Below are positions 44,741 through 54,307 of a stretch of 64,000 nucleotides of DNA, piece by piece. A program made the translations under genes and the position numbers. Every line of letters begins with the position of its first letter. Positions within the stretch are counted from its first letter, which is position 1. The notes beneath the pieces are model-generated. The model saw nothing but the letters and a program-made list of their open reading frames with translations, had not been told where the DNA came from and searched no databases. The DNA is from Pseudomonadota bacterium (GTDB lineage: Bacteria; Myxococcota_A; Bradymonadia; UBA4248), in the NCBI GenBank assembly GCA_017464085.1, contig JAFUEE010000197.1:8711-72710 (forward strand), in the 5' to 3' direction.

Positions 44741-47338
44741 ATGAAACATTCGCATAGTTTTATTCGTCGCATGGGGCTTGTCCTGGGGCTTTTGGGTGCG
44801 GTCGCTTCATTTTCCGGATGTGATGATGACAAGGACAAGCCGGGCAGCGAGGGCACGTCGGGGTGCACCGGGCTGTATTGTTACGACCGGATCGCCGCTG
44901 AATTTGCAGACCTGAGGGGGGATGCGCTTTACGATATCCTCGGGCCGACGCTGACGAACAAGGGCGTGAACTTTGCCGTCTATGCCAAGCATGCCGAACG
45001 CGTCGAGGTGCTTATCTTTAAGGATCCCGAGTCCGCGCTTCCGACGAAGCGCATTCCGATGACCAAAGATGAAGCGAGCGGGATCTGGACGACATTCGTC
45101 TATGGCGTCGGCGTGGGCACGTATTACGGCTATATCGCATTCGGCCCGAACTGGCATTATGTGGAGAACTTCGAACCGGGAACGACTCGCGGATTTGTCG
45201 CCGACTGCGATGACGAGGGCAACCGCTATAACCCGAACAAGCTTCTGCTCGACCCGTATGCGCGCCGCATCCATCGCGATTTCGACTGGGGTTCGGGCAA
45301 TCCGGCATCAGGTACGGCGCGCGATATCTCGGACTGGAAGGCGGCGGCAAAATCTGTCGTCATCAAGAGCGAGTATCAGTGGAGCGATCACGAGAAGACC
45401 TGGCGTGAGAACCGCATGAAGGGCGATGCGTTTGAAGGGCATGCCAAAAATGATCTGATTTTTTATGAAGTCCATCCGCAGGGCTTCACCAAGAAGGCGC
45501 TCAACAACGAAAAGATGAGCGTGAAAAACCCCGGCACCTGGCGCGGCATTGGCGAAATGGCTGGCTACCTGAAGGATCTCGGAATCACGGCAGTCGAGCT
45601 TCTGCCGAGCGCCGAAAAGCCCGATGACGGCACCTATTGGGGCTATAACACGATCGCATTCTTTGCGCCCGAGCAGCGCTTTGCGACACAGACCAGCCAG
45701 GAGAAGACGAACGGCGTCCACGATGAGTTCAAGGAGATGGTGGACAAGCTCCATCAGGCCGGCATCGAGGTCATCCTCGACATCGTCTACAATCACACCG
45801 GGGAGGGCGGCTTCTGGGAAAGCAAGGTCGCCAAGAATACATTCGATTATGGCACGCAGGCGACTTTCATCGACTCGACGGCTGCGACGATTTACTCGTT
45901 CCGAGGGCTCGACAACAAAGAGTATTATCACCTTAAGACAGATTCAAGCTCGGCCAAGCGGAATCAGGGGTATTTGGATGAGACCGGCGTCGGCAACCAG
46001 TGCCGGACGAACAACAAGCCGTTCAGGCGCCTGATTCTGGATAACTTGCGCTTCTGGGTCGATGAGATGCATGTCGATGGTTTCCGCTTTGACCTCGCGT
46101 CGATTCTGGGGCTCGACGATGCCAAGGTCGATGAATACGGCGATCACTCCGACAACGCCTATTGGGCGCAGAATATCGGCAACACGGTCATTCAGGACAT
46201 CATCGACGATGATCTGATGGCGAAATATCACACGCGTTTCATTGCCGAGCCGTGGAGCCTTGCGCAGTATGTGAACGGGCTTTTCCCGAAATCGACAAAA
46301 CACGAAGGTCATGCCTGGTTTGAATGGAACGGGCGTTACCGCGATATGATCCGCCCGCTTGTCAATGACGACAATTACAACCTGGGCGCGACGGAGACTG
46401 TTTCGCCGTACTGGTCGAACGATATGAATATCGGCAATCTGATGACCGGTTCGAGCGTGTTTTTTGGCGATGACGGTCGCAAGCCGTTCCATTCGGTCAA
46501 CTTCCTGACGGCGCATGACGGCTTCACGCTTTATGATCTCGCGAGCTATTGGGAAAAACACAATGGCTGCGGCAAGCTCAACCCGATCTGCTGCACCGAT
46601 CGCTATAATGCGTTCTGCGACCTCAAGAGCGGCGAGGAATACAACCGTTCGCGCAACTGGTGCGTGAGCATGTCGTGCAGCAGTGTTTACCAATGTGAAG
46701 CGTTTGGCGATGGGCCGTGCGATTGTGGCCTGACCCCGGCTGGCATGTGCCCGAATGCGGATGACGAGGCGCTCAAGCGCCAGATGATCCGCAACTTCTT
46801 CGTCTTTATGTTCACGAGCCACGGTTCGCCGATGATGCTGGGCGGCGACGAGTATATGCGCACGCAGTATGGCAACAACAACGCCTATTCGGACTCGGCG
46901 AACAACGAGTACAACTGGTTCCGCTGGGGCGACTGGGTCTCGACGGAAGCCAATGTGCGCATGCATGACTTTGTGCGCGACATGATCCGCATCCGCAAGC
47001 AGTACAAGAATTTCCTTTCGCCTGCGGAATACCTCGGGGAGGACACGTTCAGCTGGTGGGCGCCGGACGGGCATTCGGAGAGCATGTGGGGAGAGCGCGC
47101 CTTTGGCATGTATTATAAGGGCAACGGCTCGATGCCCTCGCTGTTTGTCGCTTACAACATGGAGGCGTTCGAGGAGCGCTATTTCTCTCTGCCCGACGGC
47201 GGGGAATGGATGATCCTCGTGGATACGCAGAAGCATTTCGAGCAGGCAGAGCAGCGCAATACCTGGATGGATGGCAGCCGCACGGTGACGAACGGCTACA
47301 GCGTTCAGCCGCGCAGCATCGTCATTTTCACGAAATAG
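44741..47338 (+). CDS. Secreted GH13 debranching enzyme (isoamylase/GlgX-like) lipoprotein with a Cys-rich insertion
   Basis: Lipobox ASFSGC. N-terminal CBM48-like region. VYNHTGEGG, DGFRFDLASILG, IAEPWS and FLTAHDGFTLYDL. Extra Cys-rich loop at about 46558-46770. Confidence 0.8.
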   Translation: MKHSHSFIRRMGLVLGLLGAVASFSGCDDDKDKPGSEGTSGCTGLYCYDRIAAEFADLRGDALYDILGPTLTNKGVNFAVYAKHAERVEVLIFKDPESALPTKRIPMTKDEASGIWTTFVYGVGVGTYYGYIAFGPNWHYVENFEPGTTRGFVADCDDEGNRYNPNKLLLDPYARRIHRDFDWGSGNPASGTARDISDWKAAAKSVVIKSEYQWSDHEKTWRENRMKGDAFEGHAKNDLIFYEVHPQGFTKKALNNEKMSVKNPGTWRGIGEMAGYLKDLGITAVELLPSAEKPDDGTYWGYNTIAFFAPEQRFATQTSQEKTNGVHDEFKEMVDKLHQAGIEVILDIVYNHTGEGGFWESKVAKNTFDYGTQATFIDSTAATIYSFRGLDNKEYYHLKTDSSSAKRNQGYLDETGVGNQCRTNNKPFRRLILDNLRFWVDEMHVDGFRFDLASILGLDDAKVDEYGDHSDNAYWAQNIGNTVIQDIIDDDLMAKYHTRFIAEPWSLAQYVNGLFPKSTKHEGHAWFEWNGRYRDMIRPLVNDDNYNLGATETVSPYWSNDMNIGNLMTGSSVFFGDDGRKPFHSVNFLTAHDGFTLYDLASYWEKHNGCGKLNPICCTDRYNAFCDLKSGEEYNRSRNWCVSMSCSSVYQCEAFGDGPCDCGLTPAGMCPNADDEALKRQMIRNFFVFMFTSHGSPMMLGGDEYMRTQYGNNNAYSDSANNEYNWFRWGDWVSTEANVRMHDFVRDMIRIRKQYKNFLSPAEYLGEDTFSWWAPDGHSESMWGERAFGMYYKGNGSMPSLFVAYNMEAFEERYFSLPDGGEWMILVDTQKHFEQAEQRNTWMDGSRTVTNGYSVQPRSIVIFTK

Positions 47339-47380
47339 TGCAGGCGCAAGGCGCGGCGATATGCGCAGGGCAGAGGGGGA

Positions 47381-47426
47381 GCGGCGTATGGCCGGCGGCC
47401 ATAGCCGCGCGGGGGACGCTTCCCCC
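47381..47426. repeat. REP-like bulged palindrome plus G5/C5 hairpin
   Basis: gcggcgtatggccggcggccatagccgc (47381-47408) and gggggacgcttccccc (47411-47426). Confidence 0.8.
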
Positions 47427-47492
47427 GTCATCAAAAGAATTGAGGTTTGGAGCATTTGCATGCTTTGGTTTAACCCTTGATCAGGACAGGAT

Positions 47493-49088
47493 ATGAACAA
47501 GCAACTGTGTCGTTTTCTGGCGTTTTTTGCCGTATTCATGTCGTTTGTGACGGCGGCGATGATGCCGGTGGATGCGAGAGCGGACGATGACCGTTTCAGT
47601 GCGGGCGGTTATTTTCGCATCGGAGCTCGCCCGGATTTTCAGGGGGGCTACTCGAAACTCGGCCTTTGGAACATCTCTGGCCGTCTTTTGAACGAGACCC
47701 AGTGGGCGGCGCTGGATATGCGCCTGCAGCTTTTGAAGCAGACGCCAGGGACAGATGAGATCTGGACGAGCTTGCATGCCAAGATCGAAGGCGGTTCGGC
47801 GCACGGCGCGGATCTGCTCAACGGCGCGCTGGGCGCGTTTTCGCTGACGCAGCTGTATGTCAAGGCCGGCAATATCGGGTCGAAAGATATCGTCTGGCAG
47901 GTCGGCACGCTCGACTTCTATTTCGGCGACCTCGGCCTGTATGATATGAAATTCGCCGAAATTTTTTATGACACTGTCGGCGCCAGCCTGACCTGGAGCA
48001 CCGAGAAGACCGATCTTCTGGTCGGCATCGGCGATTCCGGCTATCTGAAGAACCCGCAGGGGTACAGCCCTGTGCTGACCGCCGGCCTGGCGCTCCGTGT
48101 CAAGCCCAAAGACGGCGTTGAATTCGGTGTCGGCGGGGAGCTGATGTATGCGCCCGCTGTCGAGGCAAACACCAATTCTCCGCATCAGACGCGCTATATG
48201 CCTCAGTATGCGGATAACACGTCTAACGTCCAGCTCAGATATGAAGATTATCTGCGGCATGAAGTCATCGAAAATTTTGCTCAGCAGGTCGGTGAAAGTG
48301 ACTTCTCAAACCGCGTCAAGGATGTGCGCCCGGACAGCGTGGATGCGTTCAGCTTCAAGCTCGTCGGTTATCTCGGCTTCGGCAAGCTCGGCGCATTGAA
48401 GTGGAACAACCTGTTCTTTAACTTTTTGCGCCTGCACCCCGAACAGTTCTATGAAGAGAGCTATAAAGGGGAGACGCGGAAGATATATGTTTCCGAATGG
48501 ACGGATGAGCGGTATCAGTTCAACCTCGGCGATGAGATGAACCTCGAGATCGTCAAGAACCGCTTTGATCTGACTTGGGCGGCGATGTTCGGCTATCACT
48601 TCGACAAGGACGATACGATCAGCGCCAGTGAGCGCAACCGCCTGATCTGGTCGGCAGTCGTGCGCGGTCAGGTCTATTTCACGCAGGTCACGCACCTGTT
48701 GATCGAGACATCGTTTGCGCAGGAAAAATCGCTCAACGGCAACCTGTGGCGTTCCAAAGCCGATTCGATCTGGCGGAACAACAAGGGATTGATGGATGCG
48801 CGCGGCCTGGAATACGGCGACCTGGATGTCCGGAATACCTGGCAGGGCAAGATCGGCGTCGTGCTGAATCCCACGGGCGTCGGGATTTTCTCGCGTCCCT
48901 CGCTCCGATTTATGTATGGCATCCAGTACAGCAACGCGCATAATGCGTTTGCGAGCAACAATCTTTCTGAAGAAGAGGATCTGCTGAATTATTATGGGAC
49001 GCAGGCGATGCAGTCCGGGAAAGACAATTTCGGCCCCACACGCCATTTGCATCACGTGCTCTCGCTTGAAGCTGAAGCGTGGTTTTAA
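47493..49088 (+). CDS. Outer-membrane carbohydrate porin (maltoporin-like class)
   Basis: Signal peptide ...AAMMPVDARA. Alternating beta-strand pattern rich in Tyr/Gly/Asn. C-terminal ...LSLEAEAWF. Location inside the alpha-glucan locus. The family assignment is contextual. Confidence 0.55.
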   Translation: MNKQLCRFLAFFAVFMSFVTAAMMPVDARADDDRFSAGGYFRIGARPDFQGGYSKLGLWNISGRLLNETQWAALDMRLQLLKQTPGTDEIWTSLHAKIEGGSAHGADLLNGALGAFSLTQLYVKAGNIGSKDIVWQVGTLDFYFGDLGLYDMKFAEIFYDTVGASLTWSTEKTDLLVGIGDSGYLKNPQGYSPVLTAGLALRVKPKDGVEFGVGGELMYAPAVEANTNSPHQTRYMPQYADNTSNVQLRYEDYLRHEVIENFAQQVGESDFSNRVKDVRPDSVDAFSFKLVGYLGFGKLGALKWNNLFFNFLRLHPEQFYEESYKGETRKIYVSEWTDERYQFNLGDEMNLEIVKNRFDLTWAAMFGYHFDKDDTISASERNRLIWSAVVRGQVYFTQVTHLLIETSFAQEKSLNGNLWRSKADSIWRNNKGLMDARGLEYGDLDVRNTWQGKIGVVLNPTGVGIFSRPSLRFMYGIQYSNAHNAFASNNLSEEEDLLNYYGTQAMQSGKDNFGPTRHLHHVLSLEAEAWF

Positions 49089-49131
49089 CTGGTTTAACAG
49101 GCATTTGAGCCTCACAGCATAAAAAGAGACT

Positions 49132-51429
49132 ATGAAAAATTTACTGTTTGTATTTTTGATCGCGCTCTGTGCGGCGATCGGTCCGTTCGCGCTGTTCGGC
49201 TGTGCGCCGGTGCAGACCTCGGTGCCGCAGTATGCGGACAACGTGAGCTTTGCGGTGGCTTATACGCATGACGATGTGACCGGGCAGACGTCTGCGCCGA
49301 TGCGCGATGAGGTCATGTCTGCGCTCAACATGGTGCTGATCGAGCGCAACCTCAAGGTTGAGCAGATTGCGTTTGAAGGCATCAAGGATCAGCTGGGCGC
49401 CATTCGAGACACAGACCGCCGTCTGAATGCGCTTCGGGCATCAGCCAAGGGTTCGCAGTTCATCCTGCTCACGGAGGTCTCGACAGAATTTTATGCGCCG
49501 CTTTCGGGGCGTTACCGCTGGGATGTGAACGTCCACATGTCGATTTATGATATCGCGGCGCGCAAGTCGTTTGAGGACAAGTTCTCTGTGCCTGCAGTAT
49601 TGATGTATTCGCATGAAAAAGGTGACGATGCGATCGAGTCGGTCCAGAGCGAGCTCCAGAAACATCTGGGCGGTCTGATCGATACCTTTATGAAGGGCCG
49701 CGCCGCGAACGCGGCCGCGCCAGAGCAGCCTCTGGCGCTTCAGATGCGCGATATTCCTGAGAATCTGCCCCCGGCCGCAGCGACTTCTGCGCAGGAGGCG
49801 CAGAAGCCTGAAACGAAAGTTGTCGAAGCCGCCCCCGTTGGGGGGGCTTCCCCCGGCGAAGCGATCTATTTCATTATGATAGATCGCTTTTTTAATGCCC
49901 AGAACCTCAGCGAGGACCTCGACCCGATGGATCCGGCAGGCTGGCATGGCGGCGATCTCGCGGGCATCGAGCAGAAGCTCCCCTGGCTCCAGGGGCTCGG
50001 CATCACGCGCATCTGGCTTTCGCCGGTCTTTTCGGCAGCGCATGAAAAATTTTTCGGCAATGGCGCGTTTCACGGTTACTGGACGTATGACCTCAACGAG
50101 ATCGACAGCCATTTCGGCTCTGAGGAGGATCTCCGCCATCTCGCTGCCGAGGCCAAGCGCTATGATATTTCCCTGATCCTAGATTTCGTCGTCAATCATG
50201 TCGGCTATGGTTCGCCGCTCGTCGAGCAGAAGCCCGACTGGTTCCACCCCGCGCTGACCATCGAGGACTGGAATGACCCGGTGCAGCTCACGCAGCGCCA
50301 GGTCCACGGCCTGCCTGATCTCGACCAGTCCAACCCCGAAGTCGCCAGATACCTCAAGACAGCCGCTAAAAAGTGGCTCTCGATCCCGAATATCAGCGGC
50401 CTTCGCCTCGATGCCGTCAAGCACGTCGATCTCAATTTCTGGGCCGATTTCAATGATACGATGAATTCCGTCAGGCCTAACCTGATCCTGATGGGCGAAT
50501 ATTTCGACGGGGATCCGAAAAAAGTGGATGATGTCCAGAAGGCCGGCCATTTCTCTCAGATGTTCGACTTTCCGCTCGCATTTGCGCTGCGCGATGTCTT
50601 CTGCGAGAACAAGTCGCTCGTCGCGCTCGCGGGCATCATCACGAATGACCGCCTTTATACGAGCCCCAATGATATGGTGACGTTCCTCGACAACCATGAT
50701 ATGCCGAGATTCATCAGCCTCTGCCATAACGATACGGAAGCGATGGGCCGCGCGCTTCGCGTGATGCTCGCTTGGCGCGGTATTCCCAGCATCTATTATG
50801 GCACCGAGGGTCCGCTCGCTGGCGACAAGGAGCCCGACAACCGTGCGGATATGAACTTCGACAGCGCCTACTTCTATCCGCTCATCCAGAGCGCGCTTCG
50901 CCTCCGCGCGCAGTATCCGGTATTCGCAAAGGGCGCGACAGCCACGCTCGTCTATGAGCCCGGTCTGGCTGTTTTCGCGCGTGAATTCAACAGGCAGCAG
51001 GCGCTGATCGTCGTCAGCCAGAAATTGTCTGCCAAGCAGAATTTCCATCTTCCGCCCGGCACCTGGAAAGATGCGGAGACCTGCCGCCAGTATCAGAACA
51101 TCCTGATCGCCAAGCCGAATTATGTTCAGCTTTTAATCCGCGATGACGCACCCGAATCGATCATCAAACACGGCAAACGCACGATCACGTTCAACCTTCC
51201 GCAGAATGGCGAAAAATATTCGATCGTCGGTTCCGCGCCGGAACTCGGCAACTGGAACCCGGCCAAAGCCCCGAGCGGCACAGGCTCGATCACGATTGAA
51301 TTGCCGTTCCAGACAGTCGTCGCCTACAAGCCGGTCAAGATTGACGCTGCCGGCAAAGTGACGTGGGCGGAAGGCGACAATCGCGAGCTTTTCACGGACG
51401 ACCAGTCTGTCGTCGATGTGAAGTGGTGA
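49132..51429 (+). CDS. Secreted GH13 alpha-amylase lipoprotein with an N-terminal unknown domain and a C-terminal CBM20-like starch-binding domain
   Basis: Lipobox ALFGC. IYFIMIDRF, WHGGDLAGI, LDFVVNHV, GLRLDAVKHV, LMGEYFDG and FLDNHDMPRF. C-terminal ...YSIVGSAPELGNWNP...W..G.NRE, typical of CBM20. Confidence 0.85.
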   Translation: MKNLLFVFLIALCAAIGPFALFGCAPVQTSVPQYADNVSFAVAYTHDDVTGQTSAPMRDEVMSALNMVLIERNLKVEQIAFEGIKDQLGAIRDTDRRLNALRASAKGSQFILLTEVSTEFYAPLSGRYRWDVNVHMSIYDIAARKSFEDKFSVPAVLMYSHEKGDDAIESVQSELQKHLGGLIDTFMKGRAANAAAPEQPLALQMRDIPENLPPAAATSAQEAQKPETKVVEAAPVGGASPGEAIYFIMIDRFFNAQNLSEDLDPMDPAGWHGGDLAGIEQKLPWLQGLGITRIWLSPVFSAAHEKFFGNGAFHGYWTYDLNEIDSHFGSEEDLRHLAAEAKRYDISLILDFVVNHVGYGSPLVEQKPDWFHPALTIEDWNDPVQLTQRQVHGLPDLDQSNPEVARYLKTAAKKWLSIPNISGLRLDAVKHVDLNFWADFNDTMNSVRPNLILMGEYFDGDPKKVDDVQKAGHFSQMFDFPLAFALRDVFCENKSLVALAGIITNDRLYTSPNDMVTFLDNHDMPRFISLCHNDTEAMGRALRVMLAWRGIPSIYYGTEGPLAGDKEPDNRADMNFDSAYFYPLIQSALRLRAQYPVFAKGATATLVYEPGLAVFAREFNRQQALIVVSQKLSAKQNFHLPPGTWKDAETCRQYQNILIAKPNYVQLLIRDDAPESIIKHGKRTITFNLPQNGEKYSIVGSAPELGNWNPAKAPSGTGSITIELPFQTVVAYKPVKIDAAGKVTWAEGDNRELFTDDQSVVDVKW

Positions 51430-51456
51430 TACTGCCGATATATTGATGAGATGTGG

Positions 51457-51556
51457 AAGGGGGCGGAAGCCCCCTTCGCCGCTTTTGCGCTGTGCGCAAT
51501 ACGCGGCTGCCCCCCGTCGCTATCGGGCGTTTGCGCCCGATACGCGCCGTTTTTTT
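51457..51556. repeat. REP cluster (G5/C5 hairpin plus two palindromes); the last acts as the terminator of the amylase operon
   Basis: aagggggcggaagccccctt (51457-76); gccgcttttgcgctgtgcgcaatacgcggc (51478-51507); gctatcgggcgtttgcgcccgatacgcgc (51519-47), followed by T7 (51550-56). Confidence 0.75.
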
Positions 51557-51588
51557 GTGCTTCCCAGTGGTTTGCGCGGGGGCGCGTG

Positions 51589-54222
51589 TCACAGATAGGC
51601 CTTGAGGCGTTCGGCCATGCGTTCCACGCCCTGTGCGAAAATGTTTTCGGGGGTGATCAGGCTCAGGACGAGCGCGGGCTGGTTGTCTCTGTAGCCAAAA
51701 AATGATCCGGGGAAAACGCGCACGCCGTCGGCCGCGAGTTTTGCGGCGATGTCTTCGTCATTTGCCCAGCCCGGCAGGCGGAGGACGACGCTCCAGCCGC
51801 CGTCCACGTCATCCACTCTCCATTGCACGTCCTCGCGTCGGGCGCGCGCGCGCAGATAATCGAGGTTGGCTTTCATGCGCTCGATGCAGGGCGCGACGAA
51901 ATTTTGGCGTTTTTTGATAAAAATAGGTGCCATGCGCTGCACCCATCCCGAAACGCTCAGCGTCGAGTCTGTGATGAACTGCAGGCGCTGCATGGCTTCT
52001 TCGACGAGCGCGGGATTTCCGCCGAACAGCGCCCAGCCGAGCTTGTGCTGCGGCTGTCCGCAGACTTTCGACAGGCCGCTCAGGCTGATGACGATTCCCT
52101 CATACGCATCCGATGCCGCAGGCTGTTTGAGCAGTTCCGGATCGTGATTGAGCTTGTAGGAGGCGAACACTTCGTCGATGATCAGGACGATGCCGCGTCT
52201 GGCGCAGAAAACTACCAGATTCTGCATTTCTCTTTTGGGGATGCAGTGGCCGGTCGGGTTGTTGGGGCTCACGGCGATCATGATTTTCGTATTCTGGGTG
52301 CAGGTCTTTGCGAGCGTCCAGAAATCGACAGACCAGATGCCTGCGCAGTCCTGGAGGGGCACTTCGCGCAGGCGGACGCATTCGAGCGAGGTCAGGCAGT
52401 CGAGCAGCGGATAGGTCGGCGTACAGGTGATGACTTCATCGCCGGGCTGGCAGAACAGCTTGATGAGCGCGCCGATGGCCTCGCTGGTGGAGGCGAACAG
52501 CTGGATGCGGTCTGGATCGGCATTTTTGTAAAAATGCGCGATGGCCTCGCGCGTGACGCGCAGGCCCTGCGGGGAGGCTTCGTAATGCGCGCTGAGCGCG
52601 GCCTGGAGCTCATCCGGGGATGCGGTGACCTGCGGCAGGCCGACTTTGGTCGGGTTGCTGATGCTGAGGTCGAAGGTTTGCGGCAGCGACTTGATCGCAA
52701 GCGTCCATGCGGCGTGACAGGCATTTGGGGAGAGGTCGTCCAGGGAAGGCGTGCGGCTGTGGGCAAAATAGTCCGGCTGCTTCTCTTGGTTTTCGCGTTC
52801 GGGACGCGCGGAGGCGATGCGGTGCCCCATGTCGAAGAGCGGGCCGCCGCCAAAGACGATCAGGGAATCGCCGTCGTGCATGAGCTGTTTGGCCGCGGCT
52901 TCGAGCGACTCGAAGGAATCGAAGGCCATTGCGCTCACATCCAGGGGTGTTTCTTCAATCTTCTGTGCCATGAGCTCGCTCGATATGTTTTCGGCCGGCG
53001 GTTCTCCGGCGCCATCCAGCGGCGGGAGCAGCACGCAGTCGGCATAAGAGAGCGCATCGATGAGCGCGTCCCAATGGTATTGCATCAGCGAATAGCGGTA
53101 GGGGTGATAGATCGCGATGAGGTGGCGGAGCGTTTGCTGACGCACCCAGTCGATATCGTTGCGGACGCATGTCGGATGGCTGGCGTAATCGGTATAGACG
53201 GTTTTTTGGCCATAGGCGAACTTTTGGCAGCGGTCTTTGAGGCCTTCGTATTTTTCGAGCGCCAGTCTGGCTGTTTCGGCGGGAATGCCGCAGAGACGGC
53301 CGGCGCAAAAGGCGACGGCGATATTCTGGGCATTTGCGCGTCCGACGAGGCGCGGATGGATTTCCGTCATGGCGCTCTGAGCGCCGTGTTCAGTGATGCG
53401 CACGTCGCATGTGCCGTCTGAACATGTGCGCAGCTCGTAGGAGAATGCAGGCGTTTCGAGCGCGCCGTTTTCGCAGACCCAGGTGATGCCGGGCCAGTCT
53501 TTGAGCTGCGCATGGAGTTTCGGTGCGCCGATGCCGGCATGGTGCAGCAGGACTTTGCTCTGGGGATTGTTCAGGCAGGCGCGGATATGTGCGGCAAAAT
53601 GGACGACGATATCGTTCAGGTCGCGATAGGTGTTGAGGTGGTCTTCCTCAATGTTGTTGAGGATGAGCAGTTTGGGGCGATGCAGGCCGTTCGTGCGGTC
53701 GGATTCATCGACTTCGGAGACGAGGAATTCGGCATTTTGTGAAAATTTCGAGGGCTGGATGCGTCCGACGGGGACTGCGCCGAGGATATCGGAGACTTTT
53801 CGCCCGGCGGCCGTGAGCATGGCGCTGATCGCGCCGGCAGTCGTGCCCTTGCCGTGCGTGCCGCAGACAGCGATGGAGGTGCCCTCGAATGCGTTGGCGA
53901 AGCGCGCGAGGCATTCGCCGCGCGTGCAAAGGATGCCGAGCGCCTGTGCGGCCTTGCGTTCAGGATTGTTTTGCGGAACGGCGGCAGAGCAGACGGCCAT
54001 GTCGATATCATGGATGTTGTCTGCGGTCTGCGTGCGGTGTACGGTGACGCCGTGTGCTTTCCAGAAATCGCAGGTCTTTTGGGATGCGCCGGGGTCGGAA
54101 CCGGAGATCTCGTGACCTGCGTGGAACAGATAGAGCGCCAGGCTGTGCATGCCTGCGCCTGCGATGCCGATGAGATAGATTTTCACGATAGTCTGTTTGG
54201 ATAAGGGGTAAAACGAGTCCAA
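51589..54222 (-). CDS. Fusion protein: MurC/Mpl-type Mur ligase (N-terminal, about 475 aa) plus class I/II PLP aminotransferase (C-terminal, about 390 aa)
   Basis: Ligase motifs: IYLIGIAGAGMHSLA..GHEISGSD (Rossmann), CGTHGKGTT (P-loop, 53841-53877), EVDESD, NIEEDHLNTY, DYASHP. Aminotransferase motifs: PTYPLL, NPNNPTG, and SLSGLSK with the PLP-Lys codon at 52066-52068. The start is uncertain: TTG at 54222 or GTG at 54186. Confidence 0.8.
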   Translation of the reverse strand: MDSFYPLSKQTIVKIYLIGIAGAGMHSLALYLFHAGHEISGSDPGASQKTCDFWKAHGVTVHRTQTADNIHDIDMAVCSAAVPQNNPERKAAQALGILCTRGECLARFANAFEGTSIAVCGTHGKGTTAGAISAMLTAAGRKVSDILGAVPVGRIQPSKFSQNAEFLVSEVDESDRTNGLHRPKLLILNNIEEDHLNTYRDLNDIVVHFAAHIRACLNNPQSKVLLHHAGIGAPKLHAQLKDWPGITWVCENGALETPAFSYELRTCSDGTCDVRITEHGAQSAMTEIHPRLVGRANAQNIAVAFCAGRLCGIPAETARLALEKYEGLKDRCQKFAYGQKTVYTDYASHPTCVRNDIDWVRQQTLRHLIAIYHPYRYSLMQYHWDALIDALSYADCVLLPPLDGAGEPPAENISSELMAQKIEETPLDVSAMAFDSFESLEAAAKQLMHDGDSLIVFGGGPLFDMGHRIASARPERENQEKQPDYFAHSRTPSLDDLSPNACHAAWTLAIKSLPQTFDLSISNPTKVGLPQVTASPDELQAALSAHYEASPQGLRVTREAIAHFYKNADPDRIQLFASTSEAIGALIKLFCQPGDEVITCTPTYPLLDCLTSLECVRLREVPLQDCAGIWSVDFWTLAKTCTQNTKIMIAVSPNNPTGHCIPKREMQNLVVFCARRGIVLIIDEVFASYKLNHDPELLKQPAASDAYEGIVISLSGLSKVCGQPQHKLGWALFGGNPALVEEAMQRLQFITDSTLSVSGWVQRMAPIFIKKRQNFVAPCIERMKANLDYLRARARREDVQWRVDDVDGGWSVVLRLPGWANDEDIAAKLAADGVRVFPGSFFGYRDNQPALVLSLITPENIFAQGVERMAERLKAYL

Positions 54223-54230
54223 AAAACAAA

Positions 54231-54298
54231 GGCCGCGGCGTATGTGCTCAGCACATAGCCCGGCCCGCGAGTCGTATGGCGGCAGAGCCGCCTAGACG
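54231..54298. repeat. Two REP-like palindromes
   Basis: ggccgcggcgtatgtgctcagcacatagcccggcc (54231-54265) and cgtatggcggcagagccgcctagacg (54273-54298, degenerate). Confidence 0.7.
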
Positions 54299-54307
54299 CG
54301 CCACTGC

